Positions 1-10,630 of a stretch of DNA of 64,000 bases are shown here, piece after piece. This stretch comes from a virus, in the IMG/VR virus record IMGVR_UViG_3300028908_000007, positions 11,389 to 75,388 of that record. One strand, 5' to 3'. The first letter of the stretch is position 1; each line of letters starts with the position of its first letter. The notes beneath the pieces are model-generated. The model saw only the letters and a program-made list of their open reading frames with translations, was not told the origin of the DNA and made no database searches. The translations under genes were made by a program, and so were the position numbers.

Positions 1-1
1 C

Positions 2-2029
2 AACCAAGCTGTAGTACTGGAAGAAACAGATGTTCCATACATACTAACTGGTGGTGAAAAACGGGTCGGAGAACTCACAAAAGATATTGTCATACCAGAA
101 GATGCTATCGTCGAAGCATGTATATATCGATATAATGGTGTTGGTACACCAGCATCAAAACGAGTAGAAACTCTGATACTCTACTATGGATTAGAGTCTA
201 CTACACTAGACTATATCGTTATTCCTACTTTTGATAAGAACCATCAATACTTTGGATATTATTTACAACAGACAGATATATTCACACCTGGTATGAAGCT
301 ATACAAAGGACAGGTTTTAGCATCTACCCCATCAAAGACAAATAAGGAAGGATGGTATGGTTTTGGACGAAATTTAAATACAGCCTTTATGGATATGCCT
401 GGTGTCGCAGAGGATGGATTTATTGTTTGTGAAGATGTATTAGAAAAGCTAGCTTTCCACGTATTTGAAAGAAGAACACTAGCTTTGAATATAAAAGGAG
501 ATGATTTAGAAGGAATTCCATCTATAAACATTCCGCTGAATTTATATGGGGATAGTGAGAAATATAAAGTATTTCCAGATATAGGAGAACCAGTAAGACC
601 TGATGGTGTTTTGATGTCTACTCGTAGGATACGATTCAGTAGACTGGCAGCAGAAGCCAGTAGAGAACGACTCATGGTTTCAGAAGCCAAAACCGATTAT
701 GAAATCTTTACCAGAAATAATAATGGAGTAGTTGTAGATGTAGAAGTATTACGACAACCATATCTCAACAACAGTAGTCTTTTACCTTATGTACAATTGG
801 ATCATTATGCAAATCTTTTCAAGAGCTTTTATAAGAAGATACTTGACGCAGAAACCTTGGTACGTCAGAAGTACTACAAATCAAAAGGAGAACTTAGACT
901 TTCCAATAAATGTATAAGTCTATTTGAAAAGGCAAGACTTTATGCGGGTTCTTTATATAATAGCTCATCCAGAGGTATCAAGGAAAGAGCAATACGATTT
1001 GTAGAGAGGAAAGACTATAGCGGAGATTATCGCTTGTCTCTTACAGTAAACCACAGACTAATACCAGGTATTGGTTCGAAGCTATCCGACCGTGCTGGCG
1101 GTAAAGGTGTAATTGTAGAGATACGGAAACCAGAACAAATGCCAGTCGATCAATATGGAGTTAGAGCCGATATCATCGTAGATAAAAATAGTATCATATC
1201 CAGAATGAATCCAGGCCGGTATTATGAGCAAACCTATAATTATACAGCAATACATACTACAAAGAAAGTAAGAGAAATATTGAACTTGGGACAAACAGAG
1301 AATAAGGAAGACGCTAGAGAAAAATTAAGACAGGTAGATGATGCAAAAAAGAAAGAAGCAATACAATATTTGAAAGGTCTTTATAAGATAGTATCTCCAA
1401 AGCAATATAGAAAATTACAAGATAGTAGAAAAAGTATCAAAGATGAAGTATTAGCCACTATAGTAGATAACGGTGTTTTTATATGGAAAGATATCTCCGA
1501 TCCCAGAGAACCTCTAGATATTGTAAGAAAACTGATAGAATCCGATTACTATCCAAAACCAACAACTGTATCATGGATGGGTTTCGATGGAAATATAAAG
1601 GAATCCAGAAAACCAATACTTATTGCACCTACCTATATTATGTTATTGGAAAAGATAGGCGATAGTGGGATGGCATCAGCAAGTCCATTGATAAATCATG
1701 TTGGTGTCTTTACAAAAGCTCCAAAACAATTTAAACACAGATATCCAATACGTTTAAATCCAGTAAGAATTATAGGCGAGTCAGAAACCAGAGTAATTAC
1801 TTCATATACTGGACCATTGGGAATATTAGAGCTTTTGGATCAGGGATCCAGCTTGCAGACACATAGAGAGATTTATAAGGTCTTTCTAAACCATGATAAT
1901 CCTACCAACATAGACAGGATATTGGATAGAGACAAGTTCATTTACGGAAGATCTACACCAATACAGATTGTAGAACATGTTTATTTCTGCCAAGGCATTC
2001 ATGATTTCTTTGTAAAGTGTGAGGAATAA
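2..2029 (+). CDS. Non-virion RNA polymerase beta subunit, C-terminal half (phiKZ gp71-73-like); 5'-truncated by the window
   Basis: Frame is open from nt 2 (NQAVVLEETDVPYILTGGE, resembling beta 'QAVPL..P.VGTG.E'). Contains EDGFI, GSKLSDRAGGKGVI, ADII..SIISRMNPG and RIIGESE, which are RpoB motifs. The track start at 293 is internal. Confidence 0.93.
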   Translation, partial: NQAVVLEETDVPYILTGGEKRVGELTKDIVIPEDAIVEACIYRYNGVGTPASKRVETLILYYGLESTTLDYIVIPTFDKNHQYFGYYLQQTDIFTPGMKLYKGQVLASTPSKTNKEGWYGFGRNLNTAFMDMPGVAEDGFIVCEDVLEKLAFHVFERRTLALNIKGDDLEGIPSINIPLNLYGDSEKYKVFPDIGEPVRPDGVLMSTRRIRFSRLAAEASRERLMVSEAKTDYEIFTRNNNGVVVDVEVLRQPYLNNSSLLPYVQLDHYANLFKSFYKKILDAETLVRQKYYKSKGELRLSNKCISLFEKARLYAGSLYNSSSRGIKERAIRFVERKDYSGDYRLSLTVNHRLIPGIGSKLSDRAGGKGVIVEIRKPEQMPVDQYGVRADIIVDKNSIISRMNPGRYYEQTYNYTAIHTTKKVREILNLGQTENKEDAREKLRQVDDAKKKEAIQYLKGLYKIVSPKQYRKLQDSRKSIKDEVLATIVDNGVFIWKDISDPREPLDIVRKLIESDYYPKPTTVSWMGFDGNIKESRKPILIAPTYIMLLEKIGDSGMASASPLINHVGVFTKAPKQFKHRYPIRLNPVRIIGESETRVITSYTGPLGILELLDQGSSLQTHREIYKVFLNHDNPTNIDRILDRDKFIYGRSTPIQIVEHVYFCQGIHDFFVKCEE

Positions 2030-2032
2030 TTC

Positions 2033-3991
2033 TTGATAAACATCCGAGATTTGGTAACACTCGAATTAGACCAGCTACAAGGTAAAATTCCGTCCTACTT
2101 TACTCTCCTCATGGAAGATGGAGAGAAACTAAATACTACTTTTGCTGAGGCTTTTCTAACTACTCCATGGCTTAGAGTCTTACGAGAGTATCCGAAAGTA
2201 GTAATTACCAAGAAATTATACATACATGAATATCTACAAAACAACTTAATAAGCATTGGAGATATAATCAAGCTAGCCTCTGCTATACGTAAGGCAATAA
2301 TTCTTACATACAATATTACAGACCCTAACGATATCGTAGAGTTAAATGATAAAGTAGCCGCATGTAGAAATGTATTCTATAACTCTATTATCTATCTAGA
2401 ACCTTATATGAGTGGTGGGTGTTTAGAAGATTTTATAGAGATACATAATAATAAAAGAATAAAGAAAAATCTTTCTCAGAGACTACAATACACAGAATGG
2501 GTAGAACAAACCCACAACATCATTATGGACGAGTTAATAAAAGCAGATAGTATTTCTTTAGACAATGAAATAAGGAAAGCAATTCTAGCAAGAAATGTAA
2601 ATACTACACAAGCATTACAATGTGTAGGTCCTAGAGGAGTATTAGCCGATATCGATGGTACGATTTACCCGACTATTATCACACGAGGATATTCAGAAGG
2701 TCTTGAAAATATTGTATTCATGGCACTAGATAGTCGAATGGCTGCCAAAGCATTGTTCTTAGCAGACGATATGATCAGGAAAGCTGAGTATTTTGCCAGA
2801 AGACTACAAGTAGTAGCCATAGGTATAGAAAGAGCAGAAGGAGACGATTGTGGTACGAATAACTATCTAGAGTGGGATGTAGAAGGAATGCTTTATGAAG
2901 ATGGAAGTGTAAAGAGTTGGGGTACATTACCCTATTTGATAGGATCTTACTATCTCGACGACTCTGGAGAACTAAAAAGGATAGAAGGAAATGAAAAACA
3001 TCTTATAGGAAAGACTATACGAAAAAGATGGGTAGTAGGATGCAAGAATAAGAACCCGCATACGAAGTGTAGAAAATGTTTAGGAGATATTGTATACAAC
3101 GTACCACCACAGGCAAATATAGGACATCTGGCTGCTGCTGTAATGACAGAGCAAACCACACAGCGTGTCTTGTCTGCCAAACATAAAATGGGCAGTACAA
3201 TTGAAACAAACCCATTTATTACAGATGTAGCCAAAAGATATTTTCAATTTGAGGATGAAGCGTATTGGATAAAAGATAACACATATACACATATCGGTAT
3301 CAATATACAACAGCTTAGGAATTTAAGTATGAAATCTATTATAGGTTCTGTTGAGATAGGTAATATAGATACTGTATCTTTGTATAAGGATAATGATTTA
3401 GAGAATCCAAAACGTGTACGCATTATCAACACCAAAGGAGGATTGATTCTATCGAAGGATTTTATTAAATACATTAATAATATTACAATAAACAATAATG
3501 GAAAGGAATATATATTTACATTAGAGAAGTGGAAGTTTACCAAACCTATCTTTAGATTGATACCAAAGGAATATGGGTATCAGGAGCACTTGGCCGATAT
3601 AGAATCTGTGCTATTTAGTCTATCGAAAAACAATAGCTATAGAAGCAATAAGATCCTCGATAGAGATCCTAGAGAAGGACTATTGGATTTTTACCATAAG
3701 ATAAACCCAGATCTACAGATGAATATATCCTTTTTGGAAGTTATAATCTGTGCATTGTGTGCTAGAAATCCCACAGTGGGAGACTATAGACTACCAATTG
3801 GAAATCCAGAAGCAAAGATGGTAAAGATATTGGAAATCTCCAGAAATCGCTCTAAGGCCCTACTATACACATATGAGAAAATGACAGATCCGATTTATAG
3901 CCCAGAGGGAATAGGTTGTAAGGTAAAAGATGATCATATATACGATGTGCTTATCAAACCACACGATGTTTACAAATCTCTAACATCTTAA
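2033..3991 (+). CDS. Non-virion RNA polymerase beta' subunit, C-terminal part (phiKZ gp74-like)
   Basis: GPRG.LADIDG, GYSEGL, AEYFARRLQ, DDCGT, Zn-binding C..C.KCLG and IGHLAA..MTEQTTQRVLSAKH (trigger-loop region); syntenic with the preceding gene. Confidence 0.92.
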   Translation: MINIRDLVTLELDQLQGKIPSYFTLLMEDGEKLNTTFAEAFLTTPWLRVLREYPKVVITKKLYIHEYLQNNLISIGDIIKLASAIRKAIILTYNITDPNDIVELNDKVAACRNVFYNSIIYLEPYMSGGCLEDFIEIHNNKRIKKNLSQRLQYTEWVEQTHNIIMDELIKADSISLDNEIRKAILARNVNTTQALQCVGPRGVLADIDGTIYPTIITRGYSEGLENIVFMALDSRMAAKALFLADDMIRKAEYFARRLQVVAIGIERAEGDDCGTNNYLEWDVEGMLYEDGSVKSWGTLPYLIGSYYLDDSGELKRIEGNEKHLIGKTIRKRWVVGCKNKNPHTKCRKCLGDIVYNVPPQANIGHLAAAVMTEQTTQRVLSAKHKMGSTIETNPFITDVAKRYFQFEDEAYWIKDNTYTHIGINIQQLRNLSMKSIIGSVEIGNIDTVSLYKDNDLENPKRVRIINTKGGLILSKDFIKYINNITINNNGKEYIFTLEKWKFTKPIFRLIPKEYGYQEHLADIESVLFSLSKNNSYRSNKILDRDPREGLLDFYHKINPDLQMNISFLEVIICALCARNPTVGDYRLPIGNPEAKMVKILEISRNRSKALLYTYEKMTDPIYSPEGIGCKVKDDHIYDVLIKPHDVYKSLTS

Positions 3992-3998
3992 TTTTCCT

Positions 3999-5783
3999 AT
4001 GTCTGATTTTACCTTAGAAATACATAAATATCCGAGGTTCGTGGTGTTAAAAACCACGAACCCTACCATTCTTACTGATATGTATCAGTTAGTAAATAAG
4101 TTTTCTGTTTATAATTTCTTTCAAAAGAAACAACTTTATAGTAAGAAAGTATCTCCAAGGGAAAAAGCCAATATAAAACCAGCCAGGTATTTTGGCGGTT
4201 TATACGATAACACAGAGTTACGTTTTCATATATCCGATTACAAAGATATCAAACTCTGGCTTGAAGTAAACAATATAAAGAATATTGACGTATACGAACA
4301 TGAGTGTTGTCCTGGTAAGGACATTGACCTTGAATTGAAAGAAGGATGGGTGCCTAGAGATTACCAAGTAGAACCGATAGAATGGATAACGAAACCAGGA
4401 GATAAGATACTTACCTTTCAACCAGGGGATGGTAAGACATTTATGTGTGTTGCTGCATTATCGAAATTAAAGAAGAGAACTGTATTTGTCATAAAGCCGA
4501 GATATATCGACAAATGGATAGGTGATTTACAAGAGTTATCGAATACCACAGAAGATCGAATACTTCCAATACAGGGAGGCTATTCTCTAAATGAGTGGTT
4601 AGAAGCTTATCGTGAAGAAGATCAGGGACACGATTTTGTACTCATCAGTAACCGTACTTTCATGGACTATTTAAAGAAATATGAACAAGGTTTTGGATCT
4701 GATATCGATCCACAGGATTATTGTAATGTGTTAAATGCAGGTATTCTTGTAGTTGACGAGGTCCATCAAGACTTTAACTTCAATTATAGACTTAGTACTT
4801 ATACCACAGCATGTAAGTTTATAGGGATGTCGGGTACGTTTATATCCTCAGATAGGGATATATCTTCCAAGATGTGGAGATTATTTCCTAAAGATACTAG
4901 ATTAAAGCCAAGGACAAAACCAGCGTATATCGACATATATGCGGTTCGTTATAAGTTCGCATTTACACATATCCCAAAAGAATACCACTATACCTTGGCC
5001 GGTGCTTATAATCACATTCGCTATGAGCGCTTTATAATGGCAAATATCTATAGACTTTACGACTATGTAAAACTTATAGAGGAGTACTTCCAAACATATA
5101 TCGATCGTAGAGAAGATGGAGACAAATGTCTTATATACGCAGCTAGTATAATGATGTGTCATTTCCTAGCGAATTATATAAAACTAAATTACCCGGAATT
5201 TAAGACCACTACGAAGGTCGAAGGAGATATCTACGACGTTATTATTGAAAATGATATCATAGTCAGCACAGTACAAAGTAGTGGAACTGCCTTCGACATA
5301 CCAAACTTAATCACCGTAGTACAAACGATGTCTATTGATACATCACAATCCAATTTACAAGCTTTGGGTAGATTGAGAGATCTAAAATCGAAAAAGATGG
5401 AGTTTTATTATCTCTATAGCACAGATGTCCAAAAACATACCACATACCATTTTAATAAGAAGGAACTCTTCCAATCACTAGCAAAGAAGTTTCGGTCTAT
5501 TGCGTATGATAAATCACTAGGTGATAGTTATAATGTAGCCAGGACAAATAAGAAAGTAAGAAGTGAAGTGGCAGAACTTGAAATACTTAGAGATTATATC
5601 TTCCTTAGAGATATAAAGATAAACTATCCTAAACAGATAAAACAGACAAAGGAAGCCATTACAAAATCGGCTGGTAAGAAAAAGGGATGGTTACGAAGAA
5701 AACTCAATAATCTTGAACGAGAGTATAGAGAGTATCTCTCTAAGGAAAAAGAAATCATCCAGTCCTTTGAGGACTTGTTCTGA
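3999..5783 (+). CDS. Superfamily 2 DEAD/DEAH-like helicase (phiKZ gp75/UvsW-like)
   Basis: PRDYQ Q-motif, QPGDGKT Walker A, VVDEVH, MSGT, GTAFDIPNL and QALGRLR. Confidence 0.92.
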   Translation: MSDFTLEIHKYPRFVVLKTTNPTILTDMYQLVNKFSVYNFFQKKQLYSKKVSPREKANIKPARYFGGLYDNTELRFHISDYKDIKLWLEVNNIKNIDVYEHECCPGKDIDLELKEGWVPRDYQVEPIEWITKPGDKILTFQPGDGKTFMCVAALSKLKKRTVFVIKPRYIDKWIGDLQELSNTTEDRILPIQGGYSLNEWLEAYREEDQGHDFVLISNRTFMDYLKKYEQGFGSDIDPQDYCNVLNAGILVVDEVHQDFNFNYRLSTYTTACKFIGMSGTFISSDRDISSKMWRLFPKDTRLKPRTKPAYIDIYAVRYKFAFTHIPKEYHYTLAGAYNHIRYERFIMANIYRLYDYVKLIEEYFQTYIDRREDGDKCLIYAASIMMCHFLANYIKLNYPEFKTTTKVEGDIYDVIIENDIIVSTVQSSGTAFDIPNLITVVQTMSIDTSQSNLQALGRLRDLKSKKMEFYYLYSTDVQKHTTYHFNKKELFQSLAKKFRSIAYDKSLGDSYNVARTNKKVRSEVAELEILRDYIFLRDIKINYPKQIKQTKEAITKSAGKKKGWLRRKLNNLEREYREYLSKEKEIIQSFEDLF

Positions 5784-5793
5784 AAGATCATAT

Positions 5794-5849
5794 CCTCCTC
5801 ACACCAGACTAGGTGTGAGGAGGTAGATCATACTGAGTATTTTTTTTTT
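5794..5849 (+). terminator. Rho-independent terminator-like hairpin
   Basis: 12-bp stem CCTCCTCACACC/GGTGTGAGGAGG; a T-run lies about 16 nt downstream. Confidence 0.7.
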
Positions 5850-5861
5850 GAGGGGTTTTGA

Positions 5862-6458
5862 GTGTCTGAAATAGCTTCATATTCGAACTATCGACCAAAT
5901 TTACGGTCTGGTGATCTGGTAGCTTGGGGAACTGTCCCAGATAACTTATCTTTGTTTTCAAAGATTGTCGTATGGATCGTCACGAAAGCTTTAAGAAGTC
6001 CGTATTATCATGTAGGAATTGTATGGCGTACGAATAACAGAGTCTTAATAGTAGAGGCAAGTCCTCCAAGATGTAGAATAGACGTATTGTCTCGTCGAGG
6101 AGATTTCGTACATATACCAATGCCTACTGTATGGAAGAAGAGTTCAGAAAACTACCTACTACAATATGTAGGTAAACCATATAGTATATGGGAAGCTATG
6201 TTAGTACCATTTAAGATAGGTGGTGTAAAGAACAGAGCATGGTACTGTTCTGAGTTGGTTTCGGATTTCTACAATGGACAAGGTTATTATATGGAGGGTA
6301 TATCCCCAGAAGATGTCTTGGTATCTGCAATCAAGGAGTATGAAACAGAATTGGTTCCTGTAGTAATGGAAGATGAAGATTCTCCAGATTTTGAAAAGAG
6401 AAGCAAGAAAATTGCTGGTTTGGTGCAGAGAACGTTGAGGAAGGCCAATGTTACGTAA
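5862..6458 (+). CDS. Permuted papain-like NlpC/P60 amidase (YaeF/YiiX-like)
   Basis: LRSGDLV, SPYYHVGIV (catalytic His), VEA, VGKPYS and WYCSELV (catalytic Cys), in the permuted His-before-Cys order. Confidence 0.85.
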   Translation: MSEIASYSNYRPNLRSGDLVAWGTVPDNLSLFSKIVVWIVTKALRSPYYHVGIVWRTNNRVLIVEASPPRCRIDVLSRRGDFVHIPMPTVWKKSSENYLLQYVGKPYSIWEAMLVPFKIGGVKNRAWYCSELVSDFYNGQGYYMEGISPEDVLVSAIKEYETELVPVVMEDEDSPDFEKRSKKIAGLVQRTLRKANVT

Positions 6459-6780
6459 GAGAAGTTTTTTCATTTGGGTAGGTTTATTACTGACGACTGT
6501 TTTGTGGCTTTCCACAGATCCAGATCTCGGACTATATCAAGATCTACCATTTGGTAGTTCTTTTGTAAGCCTTATTACGATTATCGTTTCTACCGTACCA
6601 TGGTTGGTATTGTTACATATTGCAAGAAAAGCTTTATTCGATTATAAAGAGGCCGATATACGAAGAACAGCACTTATTGCACTAAAATCTCCTACAGGAG
6701 CAGGATTAGTAGTAGTAGGTATTGCTATTGGTATATTGGCTATTGCTATCATCATAGCTGCTGTGGCTGTAAATGTCTAG
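6448..6780 (+). CDS. Putative holin / three-TM membrane protein
   Basis: 110 aa with about three hydrophobic segments and a basic N-terminus; overlaps the start of the endolysin gene. Confidence 0.6.
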   Translation: MLRKRSFFIWVGLLLTTVLWLSTDPDLGLYQDLPFGSSFVSLITIIVSTVPWLVLLHIARKALFDYKEADIRRTALIALKSPTGAGLVVVGIAIGILAIAIIIAAVAVNV

Positions 6781-7474
6781 ATTATTACTCACCATACTGT
6801 TACTGTATCCTCTTTTTGGGTACAGTAACAGTATGACGACATATATACCAGATAAAGCATATAGATACCTAGATGATGTCTATAATGAACAGAAACGAAT
6901 ATTTCCAGATCATCCACTCCCTCCTTATTTCCCATCCCTAATAGAGCAAGAATCCTGCATACATCTAAAACATAGAAGATGTTGGGATCCTACCTCAGAA
7001 TTGAAATCACACAGAGAGCAAGGCGTAGGGCTAGGTCAACTAACCAGGACCTGGAGGAGAGATGGGTCTATACGATTTGATACTCTAACAGAACTCAGGA
7101 ATAGACACATGAATGAGTTACGAGATCTTACATGGAAAAACATAAAATATAAACCCGATCTGCAAATAAGAGCTATATTACTATTATACAAGGACAACTG
7201 GGATAAACTACCAGGAACTATAAAAGATCCAATAGATAGACTAGCTATGACAGATATGGCTTATAATGCAGGAATTGGTAGAATATTCAAAGATAGGAGA
7301 TTGTGTGGTTTGAAGAAAAACTGTGATCCTACGAAGTATTGGGGAAATATGGAATATGTATGTACTGCTTCCAGGAAAATACTATATGGAAATAAATCAG
7401 CTTGTGACATTATGAAGGATCATGTAGAAAAGACACTACTGAGAAGGATTTGGAAGTATGCGCGTATTTATTAG
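6773..7474 (+). CDS. Lytic transglycosylase (SLT/lysozyme-like fold) endolysin with N-terminal signal peptide
   Basis: IEQES (catalytic Glu), GLGQLT and AYNAG motifs; hydrophobic N-terminus MSRLLLTILLLYPLFGYS. Confidence 0.85.
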   Translation: MSRLLLTILLLYPLFGYSNSMTTYIPDKAYRYLDDVYNEQKRIFPDHPLPPYFPSLIEQESCIHLKHRRCWDPTSELKSHREQGVGLGQLTRTWRRDGSIRFDTLTELRNRHMNELRDLTWKNIKYKPDLQIRAILLLYKDNWDKLPGTIKDPIDRLAMTDMAYNAGIGRIFKDRRLCGLKKNCDPTKYWGNMEYVCTASRKILYGNKSACDIMKDHVEKTLLRRIWKYARIY

Positions 7475-8036
7475 TTTCTTATTACTACTTATCACTAGCA
7501 ACATATATGCATCAGATAGCTACTATCTGGTAAAACCAAAAGGTAATTATTCTAAGAACGAACCAACTACTACAATATTATACAGAATATCGAAATTAGC
7601 CACTAATAAATATAATAGGCCTTATATGGAACGTAAATACATTACAAATACAATATTACAACTCTCATATACAGTATGGTGTATGAATCAAAATAGAGGT
7701 ATAGATATGGATAAGATAGCAACGGATATTATGTATAAAGCACAAAATATAGAAGTATTACCTCTTTTACGAGAATACAGCGAATGTTGGGTTAGTGATA
7801 AACAAACCACTAGTATAATACTAGATAGAAACGATGATAGCTTCTTGAGAGCAATCAAAGCTTCTTTAAAAGCTTATAATAAAAAGGATTTTACAGATTA
7901 TGTATTTAGAGATGATAACGTAGGGAAATGTGAGATACATACTTGTGGTAGTGAGACTGATGAAGGATTAGAAGTACTATTAGAGAGACTTAGAGCAATT
8001 GCCAGAGAAAAAGGCTTTAAAGTTATAGATTTTTAA
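7458..8036 (+). CDS. Hypothetical exported protein
   Basis: Signal-peptide-like N-terminus MRVFISFLLLLITSNIYA; overlaps the end of the endolysin gene. Confidence 0.7.
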   Translation: MRVFISFLLLLITSNIYASDSYYLVKPKGNYSKNEPTTTILYRISKLATNKYNRPYMERKYITNTILQLSYTVWCMNQNRGIDMDKIATDIMYKAQNIEVLPLLREYSECWVSDKQTTSIILDRNDDSFLRAIKASLKAYNKKDFTDYVFRDDNVGKCEIHTCGSETDEGLEVLLERLRAIAREKGFKVIDF

Positions 8037-8103
8037 ATTAATTTATTTTATTCGTATATATAAGGAGTGTCTTTAACATAAGTTAACCTAAAGGGGGTTT
8101 AAA

Positions 8104-8430
8104 ATGCCTAATTCAGATGTTAGGACCTGGATGACCAAGGATCGGTATAAGAAAATATATGGAGAGTACCGTAGAGATGTGAAAGAATGGAGTTGTGATT
8201 GGACTGCGCAGGAGGCGCTTGGTGAAAAATACAGGGATGTGATGTGTGTAGTTAACCCGAACATGGAAGTCTGGCCGTTGGATCAGCGGCGTGGAACCGA
8301 CCCTAGGTTCTACTCACCGAAGAACATGGTATGGTGGTGGAGGACATACTACAATGTCCCCACCTATCGTAGGGAAGCGATCAGTTTGAGGGATTTTTAT
8401 AAGAAGTCAGTGAGTTTGGATCCTTATTGA
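8104..8430 (+). CDS. Hypothetical protein (Trp/Arg-rich)
   Basis: GGGGG RBS upstream, AT-rich promoter-like region before it and a terminator after it. Confidence 0.75.
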   Translation: MPNSDVRTWMTKDRYKKIYGEYRRDVKEWSCDWTAQEALGEKYRDVMCVVNPNMEVWPLDQRRGTDPRFYSPKNMVWWWRTYYNVPTYRREAISLRDFYKKSVSLDPY

Positions 8431-8445
8431 TCCAGACTTGCTAAT

Positions 8446-8491
8446 GGCAGCAGGTAGCGGTGTACCGCTACCTGCTGCCTTATTTTTTTTT
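8446..8491. terminator. Intrinsic terminator between convergent genes
   Basis: Perfect 15-bp stem GGCAGCAGGTAGCGG/CCGCTACCTGCTGCC followed by a T-run. Confidence 0.9.
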
Positions 8492-8492
8492 G

Positions 8493-10022
8493 TTAAAAAT
8501 CGTCGGAATCCGAAACTCCGGTTTTTAATTCCTGCACCGTCCTGGCGCCCTGTTTTATTTCTTCAGTATCTGGAGGTATGGGCATAGATTCTGGGAATTC
8601 GAATACCAAATACTTATCTTTTGTAGGAATGATTCCAGTGCCTCTATGTTTTCCTCGACACATATGTAAATATGTCTTCCCGACTCTTTTATCTTCTTCT
8701 AGTGCGATATATAATTCTAAGTCGATTTCTGTATCTAACTGCCTTGACTTTGCGTAATAACCGCCGCCGTTGATTTCTTCGAGAAGTTTTCTTCCACGTA
8801 TTCCTTCTCTCCACAGTTGTTTTGCCTCTGTTGAGAGTTGATGAGGTGTAATGAAACATATCTTTTTACTACTAAAGAAGTTTCTTACACGTTTGAACAT
8901 ATCCTGCACGTCAGTGCCAGCAGCTCCACTTCGATCACATCCATAGGTAGGTAGCATTGAAAGATAATCTACCATACACATATGGACTTCATATCCTTCT
9001 GCTTCATAGTTTAATATAACATCCAGAAGATTTCTATAAGTCCATTCGGAAGGATTTACACGCAACATCTTTATATGATATCCATTTATCTCTAATTGTT
9101 CTTTGACATAGGATGTCATTTCCTTATAATCGTATTGGTATGGATCTACGTTTTCTCGGGTTTCTGCATATTTGAGGTAGGTAAACAACATCGAGAAGTT
9201 ATGATGAAGTTCGTCTTCGAGAGATATTCTTAATAAGAGGGGCTTGCGATCTTCATTTATCATGGATGGTTTATTGCACATAGCGATTTGTGCAAATAGA
9301 CTTAAACCCATTCCTGTCTTATAGTTATGTTGTAATGCTGCGAGAGTTACAAATTCTCCTCTACGGAATCCACCTTGAAGAGTCTTATTTAGTACTTCCC
9401 ATCCAGTTTTCAGTATGGCAGTACCATCGTGTTCTTCTCGCGCTCTTTTGTAGATCTCTTCCAATGTGTTTGGATCGTCAAGATTTACTTTGTCAATAAT
9501 GGCTGGATCTTCTTCACCAGAGCTTATCTCTCCTTCGATTTCTCCTATCAGAGTACTAATGGTAGTCTTTAGTGGTTTTCCACCTTCTGCTAACTCTCCA
9601 TAAGCTCTAGATACGACATTGATCAGTCTTTGTCTTCTTATTTTTTCATTGAGTTCTCTTTTTATCGTTATTATTCTTTTTGTTACGGCTTCTGGAGTCA
9701 TAACTGAACTATCTTGTATAGCTGATCGCAATGTGCTATACAATGCGTCTTTATGACCCATCGTAATAAATTCTATATCGGCTAATATATCCTCTCTCGA
9801 ATACTCTATATCTGGAGGATCATTACACATATCATATACTGTTTTAATCAATAATCCAGTACCATCCATATTATGCACGCCTGGTCCTACCAGACGCTGG
9901 ATCATTTTGTCATTGTCGAGTAATTCCTTTACCAGTTCCCTGCTATCAGACTGTCTTGGTTTTATAATGGTCTCTAGATATAACAGGATATAGCATTTTG
10001 ATAAAATTCTTCGTTCTTCCAT
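8493..10022 (-). CDS. dnaB: DnaB-like replicative helicase (phiKZ gp118-like)
   Basis: KTGW..LNKTLQGGFRRGE, ALQHNYKT (variant Walker A), ISLED, VDYL, TPHQLS and RGKHRG; divergent from the capsid block, as in phiKZ. Confidence 0.9.
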   Translation of the reverse strand: MEERRILSKCYILLYLETIIKPRQSDSRELVKELLDNDKMIQRLVGPGVHNMDGTGLLIKTVYDMCNDPPDIEYSREDILADIEFITMGHKDALYSTLRSAIQDSSVMTPEAVTKRIITIKRELNEKIRRQRLINVVSRAYGELAEGGKPLKTTISTLIGEIEGEISSGEEDPAIIDKVNLDDPNTLEEIYKRAREEHDGTAILKTGWEVLNKTLQGGFRRGEFVTLAALQHNYKTGMGLSLFAQIAMCNKPSMINEDRKPLLLRISLEDELHHNFSMLFTYLKYAETRENVDPYQYDYKEMTSYVKEQLEINGYHIKMLRVNPSEWTYRNLLDVILNYEAEGYEVHMCMVDYLSMLPTYGCDRSGAAGTDVQDMFKRVRNFFSSKKICFITPHQLSTEAKQLWREGIRGRKLLEEINGGGYYAKSRQLDTEIDLELYIALEEDKRVGKTYLHMCRGKHRGTGIIPTKDKYLVFEFPESMPIPPDTEEIKQGARTVQELKTGVSDSDDF

Positions 10023-10057
10023 TGTGGTAATAGAGTTGTTGGAGGTCAGATTATCAC

Positions 10058-10630
10058 TTGAGTATTTCGGAGAAAATTATGGGCCTTAAGATTTCGTTTG
10101 TTCCTGAGTGGATGGCTCGGAAGCTTACAGATAGCGGATATCCTATACGTGATATATTCAATAAAAAAGTAGTAAATAAATTATTATCCAAGACATCTAT
10201 TAGTGAGTTGTATTACCTTAATAATATGTATAGTTATCTACATAATAAAGTATTTGGTACTGGGAGTAATTATGTAGATTTTAGAGCAGAGGTATTGGTA
10301 TCTGATAATGACTATCCAGAATCTCCTAACCTGATAGACGGTCACCATAACCATTCATCAAAGGTAAGAGACATATTAGAGAGTTATAAAGAGTCTGAGT
10401 ATATCGTAAATATTGCTGAAACATATGAAATTATCCATTCTGAAGAAGATTTATTCATCCTTATGAAGCCTGATTTTTACTATGTTATCTATACTGATCC
10501 CAAGTATCTAAGAGCATTATTTAAAGAAATATTGGATTACTGTATGAAGCATCGCAAACATACCCACCATTATGAATTGTATTATTGTTCGTCATTTAAA
10601 CTTTTTCTTAACACCGCTTCTAAAGTATAA
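10058..10630 (+). CDS. Conserved hypothetical protein (positionally phiKZ gp119-like)
   Basis: 190-aa ORF between DnaB and the MCP; TTG start with GGAGG upstream. Confidence 0.65.
   Translation: MSISEKIMGLKISFVPEWMARKLTDSGYPIRDIFNKKVVNKLLSKTSISELYYLNNMYSYLHNKVFGTGSNYVDFRAEVLVSDNDYPESPNLIDGHHNHSSKVRDILESYKESEYIVNIAETYEIIHSEEDLFILMKPDFYYVIYTDPKYLRALFKEILDYCMKHRKHTHHYELYYCSSFKLFLNTASKV

Noticed and set aside
259-690. Minus-strand 143-aa ORF and the many similar 60-165-aa nested ORFs in the track
   Set aside because: They are nested in or antisense to well-supported genes and have no motifs; treated as spurious.
293-2029. Bacterial rpoB/rpoC operon interpretation
   Set aside because: The subunits are split, highly divergent and embedded among capsid, portal and baseplate genes, which fits phage-encoded multisubunit RNAPs.
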